Positions 9,386-18,007 of a DNA stretch of 64,000 nt are shown here, piece after piece. Position numbers and translations under genes: made by a program. The first letter of the stretch is position 1, and each line of letters starts with the position of its first letter. Origin of the DNA: Nitrospira sp. (GTDB taxonomy: Bacteria; Nitrospirota; Nitrospiria; Nitrospirales; Nitrospiraceae); contig JAFEBL010000024.1 of assembly GCA_018242665.1 (NCBI GenBank), forward strand, positions 7,299 to 71,298. The letters are read 5' to 3'. Below the pieces are notes generated by a model, which saw only the letters and a program-made list of their open reading frames with translations, was not told where the DNA came from and made no database searches.

Positions 9386-10885
9386 ATGAACGACACCCAT
9401 TCGCACAGCTTCTCTCGAGTCATCGGCACGGAGACGGAGTTCGGCATTGCCAGCCGAGACCCGAACGCGACCGACCCGGTGGCGAATTCCATCCATCTTA
9501 TTGGTCACTATCCGAATTTGCCCGCCCCGCAGGCAGTGTGGGACTACGAGAATGAAAACCCCTTGCTGGATGCGCGAGGGTTTGAAGTCGATGGAGAACG
9601 GGAGCGGCCGGGGCCTGACTACAATCGGCAATTGAACAAAGTGTTGGCCAACGGCGGCCGGCTCTATGTGGATGGTGCCCATCCCGAATATTCCACCCCG
9701 GAATGTACCAACGCCAGAGAAGTGGTGGCCTTCGAGCGGGTGGGCGAGCGCATTGTCGCGCAGGCGTTGGAACAGATCACGAAGGAGCGGGGGCGGGATC
9801 AGTTCGTCTTGTATAAGAACAATTCCGACGGCAAGGGCAACAGCTACGGCTATCATGAGAACTACCTCGTGGCCCGCTCGGTTTCGTTCGAGCGAATCAC
9901 GCAGGTGTTGATGCCGTTCCTCGTGACCCGGTCCATCTATGCCGGATCGGGCAAAGTCGGAGCGGAGAACCAAACCAGTCCTGCCGACTATCAGATTTCC
10001 CAACGCGCCGATTTTTTTGAAACGCTCGTCGATCTCAACACGATGGTCCGGCGGCCGATCATCAACACGCGGGACGAACCCCATTCCGATTCGGCTAAAT
10101 ATCGGCGGCTCCATGTCATTGTCGGCGATGCCAACATGGCCGAACTCTCGACCTACCTCAAGGTGGGTACGCTGTCGATTGTGCTGGAATTGCTTGAGGC
10201 CGGGGCCGATCTCCCCAAGATCAGCCTGGCCGACCCCATCAATGCCATCAAGCAGGTGTCCCGTGATGTGCGAGCTCAGGAGAGCCTGAAGTTGGCGGGC
10301 GGCGGTTTCTCGACGGCCATTGCCGTGCAGCGTGCCTACCTGAAGGCCGCGCAAGGGTACTTTGCCTGTCACGAATTGAACCAGGTCACGAAAGATGTCT
10401 TGGTGCGCTGGGAAGATGTCCTTGACCGGTTGGAGCGGGACCCGCGATTGCTCGTGCGCGAGCTGGACTGGGTGGCCAAACGCTACCTGATCGAGTCCTA
10501 TATGGATCGCAAGTCCTGCGGCTGGGATGATCCGCGCGTCCGGCTCATGGACTTTCAATACCACGACGTCCGCCCCGAAAAAGGGCTGTACTACACGCTT
10601 GAGCGAAGCCACATGATTGAACGCATCGTGCTGGATCACGAAATCGCCCGGGCGGAGATGAATCCCCCCGTCGGCACGCGGGCATATTTCAGAGGCCAGT
10701 GTGTGCGGAAATACCCGAACGTCGTCTACGGGGCAAGTTGGACGTCCGTGCTGTTCGATATCGGCCAGAACAAAATCAAACGAATCCCGCTGATGGATCC
10801 GCTCCGGGGGACCGAAGCCCTGACGGGAGAACTCCTGGCCCAAGCGGAATCCGCGGCGGCATTGCTGGCGAAACTTTCGTCCTGA
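9386..10885 (+). CDS. dop: Pup deamidase/depupylase Dop
   Basis: ORF 9209..10885 trimmed to ATG 9386, 10 nt after the mpa stop. VIGTETEFGI and DGAHPEYSTPEC are carboxylate-amine ligase fold motifs. It has the extra loop region seen in Dop and, at 499 aa, is longer than the PafA paralog. Confidence 0.88.
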   Translation: MNDTHSHSFSRVIGTETEFGIASRDPNATDPVANSIHLIGHYPNLPAPQAVWDYENENPLLDARGFEVDGERERPGPDYNRQLNKVLANGGRLYVDGAHPEYSTPECTNAREVVAFERVGERIVAQALEQITKERGRDQFVLYKNNSDGKGNSYGYHENYLVARSVSFERITQVLMPFLVTRSIYAGSGKVGAENQTSPADYQISQRADFFETLVDLNTMVRRPIINTRDEPHSDSAKYRRLHVIVGDANMAELSTYLKVGTLSIVLELLEAGADLPKISLADPINAIKQVSRDVRAQESLKLAGGGFSTAIAVQRAYLKAAQGYFACHELNQVTKDVLVRWEDVLDRLERDPRLLVRELDWVAKRYLIESYMDRKSCGWDDPRVRLMDFQYHDVRPEKGLYYTLERSHMIERIVLDHEIARAEMNPPVGTRAYFRGQCVRKYPNVVYGASWTSVLFDIGQNKIKRIPLMDPLRGTEALTGELLAQAESAAALLAKLSS

Positions 10886-10898
10886 CTGCGACACCTGC

Positions 10899-11723
10899 AT
10901 GACACACCACGCTTCGCTCCCACACCACGACGGCTCCAGCTTCTTCGACTTCCTCACTCAATGCCATCCTGAATTGCGGCCCGGTCTTCCGGAGGTCGGA
11001 GTTCAGCGAGCAACCGTGCCCGTAGACTTGAGCCGGGCCGGGACCGTGGCGGTGCCGCACGGAACCACCGTCTTGGCTTTGAAGTATCGGGATGGGGCGA
11101 TCATTGCCGGCGATCGCCGGGCGACCGAAGGATTTCAGATTGCCGACCGGCGCATCGAAAAGGTCTTTCGTATCGATGACTACTCCGCCATGGCCATTGC
11201 CGGAGCGGCAGGGCCCTGCATCGAGATGGCCAAGCTGTTTCAAACCGAACTTGAACATTATGAAAAGTTAGAAGGAATGCAGCTGTCCTGCGAGGGCAAA
11301 GCCAACAAACTGGGGCAGATGGTCAAGGCCAATCTGCCCATGGTGTTTCAAGGGCTGGTCGTCATGCCGCTCTATGTCGGGTACGATCTCAAACGGAAGG
11401 AAGGGCGGATCTTCAAATACGACATCACCGGCGGTCGTTATGAAGAATCCGATCACCATTCCATCGGCTCGGGCGGGAAGGACGCGCGCAACACCATGCG
11501 GGAATATTACCGGCCTGGTTTGCAGGAAGAGGAAGCCCTTCGTGTCGGTCTGTTGGCGCTCTACAACGCCGCCGATGAAGATGTCGGAACTGGAGGCCCG
11601 GATTTAGTGCGTGGCATTTTCCCGACTGCCAAGATCGTCAGTGGCACCGGCATTGTCGATGTGCCGGAAGAACGGGTCCGTGCCTTGTACGACACCATAC
11701 TCGCGGAGCGAAGGAGAGCCTAG
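10899..11723 (+). CDS. prcB: 20S proteasome beta subunit PrcB (with propeptide)
   Basis: The propeptide SSFFDFLTQCHPELRP resembles the mycobacterial PrcB propeptide. Predicted processing site PHG/TTVLALKY exposes the catalytic Thr. Confidence 0.92.
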   Translation: MTHHASLPHHDGSSFFDFLTQCHPELRPGLPEVGVQRATVPVDLSRAGTVAVPHGTTVLALKYRDGAIIAGDRRATEGFQIADRRIEKVFRIDDYSAMAIAGAAGPCIEMAKLFQTELEHYEKLEGMQLSCEGKANKLGQMVKANLPMVFQGLVVMPLYVGYDLKRKEGRIFKYDITGGRYEESDHHSIGSGGKDARNTMREYYRPGLQEEEALRVGLLALYNAADEDVGTGGPDLVRGIFPTAKIVSGTGIVDVPEERVRALYDTILAERRRA

Positions 11724-11726
11724 CCG

Positions 11727-12410
11727 ATGCCGTTGCCCTACTACGTCTCACCTGAACAAATGATGCAGGATAAGGCGGAGTATGCCAAGAAAGGCATCGC
11801 CAAAGGCCGGTCCATCATCGCGCTGGAATATGTCGATGGCATTCTCCTCGCGGCGGATAATCCCAGCGCGTCGCTGCACAAGGTCTCCGAGGTCTATGAC
11901 CGCATTGCCTTTGCCGGGGCGGGACGGTACAGCGAATTCGAGCATCTCCGCAAGGCGGGGATTCGTCACGCCGATCTGACCGGCTACATGTACAGCCGCG
12001 AAGATGTCAGTGCCAGAACGCTGTCTAACGCCTATTCCCAAAGCCTGGGAACCGCGTTCAGCACGGATGTGAAACCGTTGGAAGTGGAAATATTGGTCGT
12101 CCAGGTCGGGACGAATGGCCAGGCCAATGAAATTTTCCGTATCTCGTTCGACGGCAGCATCGTGGACGAAAAGAATCTTGCGGTGATCGGCGGGCGGTCC
12201 GAAGCGGTGCAGCAATATTTGCGGGAACATGCCAGCCCCCAACCTCCCACGCTGCGAGACGGACTACGGCGTTGCCACGCCGCGCTGGAGCAGGTCGCCA
12301 CGCAGAAGATTCCTTCGGAGAATCTCGAAGTGGCCGTTCTCGACCGAAACCGCCAGGGTCGGAAGTTCCGACGCTTAACCAGTACCGACATCGCCCAATT
12401 GTTCGGCTGA
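11727..12410 (+). CDS. prcA: 20S proteasome alpha subunit PrcA
   Basis: Starts 3 nt after prcB. PYYVSPEQMMQDKAEYAKKGIAKGRS is typical of the bacterial alpha subunit N-terminus. Confidence 0.92.
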   Translation: MPLPYYVSPEQMMQDKAEYAKKGIAKGRSIIALEYVDGILLAADNPSASLHKVSEVYDRIAFAGAGRYSEFEHLRKAGIRHADLTGYMYSREDVSARTLSNAYSQSLGTAFSTDVKPLEVEILVVQVGTNGQANEIFRISFDGSIVDEKNLAVIGGRSEAVQQYLREHASPQPPTLRDGLRRCHAALEQVATQKIPSENLEVAVLDRNRQGRKFRRLTSTDIAQLFG

Positions 12411-12502
12411 CCCACCCTTCTCACGCCGGTCGTTTCTCTCCCGTTCTTCGTTTGCACGAATGAGCCTCCTGTCGCCGGGGTCCGAATGAGTTGCGCCTTC
12501 GG

Positions 12503-12531
12503 TTGAAGCGTCGCGTCGCACGGTGTATTCT
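12503..12531 (+). promoter_or_regulatory. Weak candidate internal promoter ahead of pafA (TTGAAG-N17-TATTCT)
   Basis: Pattern match only, in the 151 nt prcA-pafA gap. Confidence 0.25.
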
Positions 12532-12561
12532 GAAAGCAGCTGCAGATGAGAGGTTGGTGCT

Positions 12562-13938
12562 ATGCAACAACGGATCTTCGGCCTGGAAAACGAATATGGC
12601 CTGATCTTTTCTCCCAACGGCAAGATTTATCTTCCGATGGAGAAAGTGCTGGGGTATATCTTTGAGGGGCTGATCCCCAACAGTTGGCCCTCCAACGCCT
12701 TCCTCGTTAATGGCGCCCGGTTTTATCAAGATACGGGCTGCCATCCAGAGTACTCCACGCCGGAGTGCGATAACATTCTCGATCTCGTGATCCACGACAA
12801 GGCGGGCGAGCGCTTGCTGGAAGCCTGTTTGCCGGCCGCTGAGGAACGATTGCGGGAAGAGGGGCTCTCAGGCGAAATCTACATCTTTAAGAACAATACC
12901 GATTCGCTTGGGAACACCTACGGGTGCCACGAAAACTATCTCATGCGGCGGGATGTGGATTTCTGGAAGGTGACCGAACAACTCATCCCGTTTTTCGTCA
13001 CCAGGCAAATCTACTCCGGCGCGGGCAAGGTGCTGAAAGTGTCCGGCAAGCCGCAGTACTTTATTTCCCAGCGGGCGCAACATATTCACGAAAAGACCTC
13101 ATCTTCGACGACATCCTCGCGAAGCATCATCAATACCCGGGATGAACCGCATGCCGACGCGGAAAAATACCGGCGTCTCCACATCATCGTGGGTGATTCC
13201 AATATGTCGGAGTATGCCACGTATTTGAAGGTGGGAACCGCCACGTTGGTGCTCTCGATGATCGAGGCCGGATTCTCTGTGACCGGCATGGAACTCGAAG
13301 ATCCCGTAAAGGCCATTCGCGAGATTTCCCGCGATCCCAGCCTGAACAAGAAGGTCAAGCTGGATGACGGCCGGCAGATGACCGCGATCGAGATTCAACG
13401 AGTCTACGTCAAGCGGGCGGCGGAATTCCTCGATGCGCAGGCGCACGATCCGGTGTTGGACGATGTGCTGGAAAAATGGATTTCGGTGCTGGATCGTCTC
13501 GAAGAGGACCCGATGCAGTTGGTCCATGAAGTCGACTGGGTGATGAAGAAGCACCTCATCCAATCCTATACCGAGAAGAAGGATTGCGGGTGGGACGACC
13601 CTCGCGTGTTTCTGCTGGATTTGCAATTTCATGACGTCAAACGCACCCGCGGGCTGTATTATTTAATGGAGAACCGCGGCATGGCCGTTCGAGTGGTGGA
13701 GGAAGAGGCCGTGCAGCGGGCCATGTCGGTGCCGCCGCAGACGACGAGGGCCAAAGTCCGGGGTGACTTTATCCGGTTTGCCAGAGCCAAAAACCGCTCC
13801 TATACGGTGGACTGGACCTATTTGAAGCTAAACGGCTATTGGGAAGAAACGATTCTCTGCATGGATCCGTTCAGTGCGGTGAACCGGCGGGTTGAAGAAT
13901 TGTTGTCGCAGGTGTCCGGGGCGCGATTGTATCGCTAA
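12562..13938 (+). CDS. pafA: Pup-protein ligase PafA
   Basis: MQQRIFGLENEYGL and GCHPEYSTPEC. Paralog of the Dop gene above but lacks the Dop loop. 458 aa, similar to the mycobacterial PafA length. Confidence 0.88.
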   Translation: MQQRIFGLENEYGLIFSPNGKIYLPMEKVLGYIFEGLIPNSWPSNAFLVNGARFYQDTGCHPEYSTPECDNILDLVIHDKAGERLLEACLPAAEERLREEGLSGEIYIFKNNTDSLGNTYGCHENYLMRRDVDFWKVTEQLIPFFVTRQIYSGAGKVLKVSGKPQYFISQRAQHIHEKTSSSTTSSRSIINTRDEPHADAEKYRRLHIIVGDSNMSEYATYLKVGTATLVLSMIEAGFSVTGMELEDPVKAIREISRDPSLNKKVKLDDGRQMTAIEIQRVYVKRAAEFLDAQAHDPVLDDVLEKWISVLDRLEEDPMQLVHEVDWVMKKHLIQSYTEKKDCGWDDPRVFLLDLQFHDVKRTRGLYYLMENRGMAVRVVEEEAVQRAMSVPPQTTRAKVRGDFIRFARAKNRSYTVDWTYLKLNGYWEETILCMDPFSAVNRRVEELLSQVSGARLYR

Positions 13939-14954
13939 TGCAGTCGGACCATGTGAATCGAACCACGGCCATGTCATTTCTTGATCGCGTGCTCATTATT
14001 TCCGTCGTGTTGCTCGCCAGCGTGTTTCCGGTCGAGCTGTTCCCGAACACAGGACCGGTACCGCGCGGTGGGGACGGACAGTTCAGCGGCAAACAAGGGC
14101 AGGTCGTGGTGATTACGGTTCCAGACCTGAAGGATGCCGCGAGCGTCAAAGGCCGATTCCTGGGCCGCACCATCCCGCTGTTTCCGAACCCTACCGCCGG
14201 GGCAACGGGCTACATCGGATTGCTGGGGATCGATCTACAAGATGAACCGGGCGCCCATGAACTGACGATCGATGCGCAATCGGGCGAACAGACCAGGCAT
14301 TTCTCTTTTCAGGTGTTAGTGGTGAAGGAAAAATTTGCGGTGGAGCATCTGAAGTTGCCGAAGGATAAAGTGGATCTCGATGAGAAGGCCGCGGCGCGTT
14401 GGAAGGCAGAGCAGGAGCAAGTTCGCAAGTCCCTATCAGAAGAATCTGCCATGCGGCTGTGGCAGACCGGCTTTGTCGAGCCGGTGCATGGCAAACGCAC
14501 CGGAATTTTCGGCAGCGTTCGCATCATGAACGGGCAGCCGAGAAATCCGCACAACGGGGAAGATATCGGGGCCCCGATGGGGACCGATGTCATGGCGAGC
14601 AACGACGGCGTGGTTCGCCTCGTGGTGGATCATATTTTTTCAGGCCGCGGCATCTTCGTGGACCATGGCCTGGGACTCTACTCGATGTATTTTCATCTGT
14701 CCGACGTACTGGTCAAGGAAGGCGATTTGATCAGGGCTGGCCAGGTGATCGGGAAAGTCGGCGCCACCGGCCGGGCGACCGGTCCGCATTTGCACTGGGG
14801 CATGAAGGTCAATGGCGCGCGAGTGAATCCCTATACGCTGCTGGATCTGCCGTTTCCGAAAAACCCGGCTGCCGACCTGCCTGTCGTCGCGGCCCCCACC
14901 GGTTCTGCACCACTGGAATCCACACCTGTCGCCGCCGGCGGCGACGGGCGCTAG
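13938..14954 (+). CDS. Membrane-anchored or secreted M23 family metallopeptidase
   Basis: TAATG overlap with the pafA stop (alternative ATG at 13971). Hydrophobic N-terminus, C-terminal LytM domain (HNGEDIGAPMGTDVMASNDGVV, MYFHLSD, GATGRATGPHLHWGMKVNG). Confidence 0.85.
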   Translation: MQSDHVNRTTAMSFLDRVLIISVVLLASVFPVELFPNTGPVPRGGDGQFSGKQGQVVVITVPDLKDAASVKGRFLGRTIPLFPNPTAGATGYIGLLGIDLQDEPGAHELTIDAQSGEQTRHFSFQVLVVKEKFAVEHLKLPKDKVDLDEKAAARWKAEQEQVRKSLSEESAMRLWQTGFVEPVHGKRTGIFGSVRIMNGQPRNPHNGEDIGAPMGTDVMASNDGVVRLVVDHIFSGRGIFVDHGLGLYSMYFHLSDVLVKEGDLIRAGQVIGKVGATGRATGPHLHWGMKVNGARVNPYTLLDLPFPKNPAADLPVVAAPTGSAPLESTPVAAGGDGR

Positions 14955-15118
14955 CCAGGATACTTCAGCACCTCTGCTGCAATCGCCCCGCATTGCCGCG
15001 ACGAGTGTTTCCTGCCGTGTGACTCGGTCATGCTACGACGCATCGTCATGAATCATGCGGGCCAGGTTTCGTCCTCGATATGGTTCCTTCGTGACGACCC
15101 ATAGGTGATTCAGGGTGT

Positions 15119-17563
15119 CTACGGAGTATCGCGGCCGGTGTTCTGTTGCGCAGGTGCTGCAAGAGCCACGGCGACGGCCTTAACCAGTGATTCGGGAGTG
15201 TAGGGCTTCGGCAGGAACGCCATCCGGGCATCGAAGTGCTGCAACAGCAGGCCGTCGCGTTCAGAATATCCCGACGTGAGGATGACCTTGAGCCCCGGTT
15301 GGATGGCCTGCAGTTCGCTGGCGAGTTGCGCGCCTCCCATGCCCGGCATCACCATATCTGTCACCAGCAGCGCAATGTGCCGTTTCTGGTCTCGAACCAG
15401 CTGTAACGCCTCATCGCCGCATCGCGCGGCCACCACATGATAATGGTGAGCGACCAGGACGGTGTGGGCCAGGCCCCGTACCATGTCATTGTCTTCCACC
15501 AGCAAAATGGTTTCAGATTGCTCCCGGGTGGAGTTCTGGGGAGAAGCGGGGCGAAGGGCATCGGAGTCTCCGGCGATGCGCGGAAAATAGATGGTAAACG
15601 TGGTGCCCTTGCCAAGTTCGCTCGCAATGCCTATCGTCCCGCCGCTCTGTCTGACGATGCCGTAGACCGTCGAAAGACCCAGTCCGGTCCCCTTGCCTAA
15701 TTCTTTCGTCGTAAAAAACGGCTCGAACAGATGGTTGAGAGTTTCGGCGCTCATTCCGCAGCCAGTGTCACGAACGGCGAGGGTGACGTGCGGGCCAGGC
15801 GCCAAAGGGTCCGGCCAGAACGGATCGGAATGGGTGACCATCACCTCCCCGGTTTCCAATTCGAGCCGACCGCCTTGCGGCATGGCGTCTCGCGCATTGA
15901 CGACGAGATTCATCACCACTTGTTCGATCTGCCCGGCATCCGCCTTGATGTGCCCGAGGGTCGGATCCAGCGTGAGCACGAGCCGGATGTCTTCGCCGAT
16001 GACACGCTTCATGAGTTCGACGATGTCCCTGACACGGTCGTTGAGATTTAGGGGTTGTCGTTCCACGATTTGATGGCGCGTGAATGCCAACAGCTGTCTG
16101 GTGAGGCCGGTTGCCTTGTTGCCGGCGTCCCTGATTTGCGCCATGCCGCGCTGCGCGCGGGATGTCAGTCCCGGTTCGTCCATCAACAGTTCGGCCCAAC
16201 TGTTGATAATGGTCAGCAGGTTGTTGAAGTCGTGGGCCACGCCGCCAGCCATCCGTCCCAGCGCTTCCATCTTCTGCGCTTGCCGCAGCTGTCGTTCGAG
16301 ATCTTTCCGGTTGAGGAATTCGCTGATCATGGCGCCCAACTCGGAGATGCGCTCAAGCCTGGAGGGTGTGGGGCGGAGGACTTCCGTGACGAAACACTCG
16401 ATGATGCCGAGGATGTTTTTTCCGGCCGAGATCGGGAAGGCGATCGCACCGCGCAGATCGGCGTGCCGTGCGGCGTCGCGTGCGGGGAATGCCGGTTCTT
16501 TCAGAATATCCGGAGAGAACACGGCCGTGCCGGTTTTCCAGGCGCGGCCGGCCAGACCCGTGCCGGATGCCAGCGACAGCGATTGATAGGCTTGCGCGAA
16601 CGCCTCAACGGAAGAACCGGCCCTGTGCCAGAGCGCATTGCAGTGGAGCGCCTGATCGTGGGGATCGACGAGCCACAGCGCGCCCAGGGTCCACCCCTGT
16701 AGTTCGCACATCGCACGAAGGATTCTTGGAACCGCCTCGTTGAGCGTGACGGATTCTTCAAGGGCCAGGCCCACGGCCAATTGGACCGCATGCATGGTCT
16801 CGGCCTGCCGTCGTTCGGTGATGTCGTTTTTCGCCCCGATCATGCGATAGGGTTTGTGGGCCCGATCACGCAACACGTACCCGTGATCGACGACATACGC
16901 GTAGGTGCCGTCGTTTCGGCGGAAGCGATATTCGGCCGTCCACAGGTGCTGCTCCGATTCCAGCACCAGGGTCAGGTTGGTGATGACGGCCACACGATCT
17001 TCAGGGTGCACCTGATCGGCCCAGGGGATCTGGCCAGGCTCAAGATGCAACACCGCCGGTTCATAGACCGATTGATAGGCTTCGTTGAACCAGGCCGTGC
17101 CGGACGCAATATCCCAATCCCATATGCCGTCCTGCGTGGCCAGGCAGGTCAGATGGAATCGTTCTTCGCTTTTCCGCAACGCCTGTTCGACCCGGTGTCG
17201 CCCCATAGCATAACGGATGGCGCGTTTCAGGGCATCGCCGGTCAATCGGCCTTTGACCAGATAGTCTTGTGCGCCGCGTAGGAGGGACTTTTCGGCGACC
17301 AATTCATTGTCGAGACCGGTCAGCACAATGACCGCCGCCTCGCCGGCCTTTGGCCGCACGCGGTCGAGCGTTTCGAGTCCGTGGCTGTCCGGCAACGACA
17401 GGTCGACCAACACGGCGTCCACCGGCCCGGCGATCAACTTGGAGACGCCGATGTCCAGCCGCTCAGCCCAATCGAGGGAGATGTCGTGGGGCTCCTGTTC
17501 GCAGAGCGCGGTCCGGATCAATTCTGCGTCGTCCTCGTTGTCCTCGATCAGCAACACGTGCAT
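15119..17563 (-). CDS. Hybrid sensor histidine kinase (REC-PAS-GAF-HisKA-HATPase-REC)
   Basis: N-terminal receiver (LLIEDNEDDAELI...VLVDLSLPD), PAS, GAF, H-box GGVAHDFNNLL, ATPase G-boxes (DTGCGM, GTGLGL), C-terminal receiver (ILLVEDNDMV...LVTDMVMPGMGG). Confidence 0.9.
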   Translation of the reverse strand: MHVLLIEDNEDDAELIRTALCEQEPHDISLDWAERLDIGVSKLIAGPVDAVLVDLSLPDSHGLETLDRVRPKAGEAAVIVLTGLDNELVAEKSLLRGAQDYLVKGRLTGDALKRAIRYAMGRHRVEQALRKSEERFHLTCLATQDGIWDWDIASGTAWFNEAYQSVYEPAVLHLEPGQIPWADQVHPEDRVAVITNLTLVLESEQHLWTAEYRFRRNDGTYAYVVDHGYVLRDRAHKPYRMIGAKNDITERRQAETMHAVQLAVGLALEESVTLNEAVPRILRAMCELQGWTLGALWLVDPHDQALHCNALWHRAGSSVEAFAQAYQSLSLASGTGLAGRAWKTGTAVFSPDILKEPAFPARDAARHADLRGAIAFPISAGKNILGIIECFVTEVLRPTPSRLERISELGAMISEFLNRKDLERQLRQAQKMEALGRMAGGVAHDFNNLLTIINSWAELLMDEPGLTSRAQRGMAQIRDAGNKATGLTRQLLAFTRHQIVERQPLNLNDRVRDIVELMKRVIGEDIRLVLTLDPTLGHIKADAGQIEQVVMNLVVNARDAMPQGGRLELETGEVMVTHSDPFWPDPLAPGPHVTLAVRDTGCGMSAETLNHLFEPFFTTKELGKGTGLGLSTVYGIVRQSGGTIGIASELGKGTTFTIYFPRIAGDSDALRPASPQNSTREQSETILLVEDNDMVRGLAHTVLVAHHYHVVAARCGDEALQLVRDQKRHIALLVTDMVMPGMGGAQLASELQAIQPGLKVILTSGYSERDGLLLQHFDARMAFLPKPYTPESLVKAVAVALAAPAQQNTGRDTP

Positions 17564-17566
17564 GTG

Positions 17567-18007
17567 TTACCTCTTCAGCGTGGGAACCTTCGAGACGAGG
17601 GTCCAATAGAGTTCGAATTCTTTCACGACGGCGATAAACCGGGTAAACGTGACGGGCTTTCGGATGTAGGAACAGGCGCCCTGCTCGAAGGAACGCACGA
17701 TGTCTTCTTCCCGCTCGCTGACCGTCAGAATCACGACGGGAAGCGCGCGAAACCGAGGATCCGCTTTAATTTCCGTCAGCACTTCAAGGCCCGTCTTTTT
17801 CGGCATGTTGATGTCGAGCAGTACCATGCCGGGAAACGAGCACTGGCCGAAGGCACCTTCCCCGCGCAGGTACGCCATGGCCTCGACCCCATCCCGGACC
17901 ACGGCGACGCGGTTGGTCATGTTCACGGTCTCAAACGCCTCTCGGATGAGCAGGATGTCATCCTCATTGTCCTCGGCGATCAAGATGTCGAATGGTCTCA
18001 GCGTCAT
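17567..18007 (-). CDS. Single-domain response regulator (CheY/Rcp1-like receiver)
   Basis: ILIAEDNEDDILLI, VLLDINMPKKTG, VVILTVS and YIRKP. ATGA overlap with the upstream kinase. Confidence 0.9.
   Translation of the reverse strand: MTLRPFDILIAEDNEDDILLIREAFETVNMTNRVAVVRDGVEAMAYLRGEGAFGQCSFPGMVLLDINMPKKTGLEVLTEIKADPRFRALPVVILTVSEREEDIVRSFEQGACSYIRKPVTFTRFIAVVKEFELYWTLVSKVPTLKR

Noticed and set aside
9353-10957. Very long antisense ORFs opposite strongly recognisable genes: 9353..10957(-) opposite dop, 2266..3609(-) opposite envC, 24743..26296(+) opposite lon, 27860..29281(-) opposite bamA, 39531..41189(-) opposite lpxK/waaF and 20875..21738(+) opposite the HD gene.
   Set aside because: These are typical shadow ORFs of GC-rich DNA. 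They have Arg/Pro/Gly/His-rich composition and no recognisable motifs. Each fully overlaps a gene whose family motifs are unambiguous on the other strand.
14955-15118. Intrinsic terminator between the convergent M23 peptidase and hybrid kinase genes.
   Set aside because: Only short 4-5 bp stems are present (for example CAGCA-CCTC-TGCTG), with no adjacent T-run. This is too weak to call.
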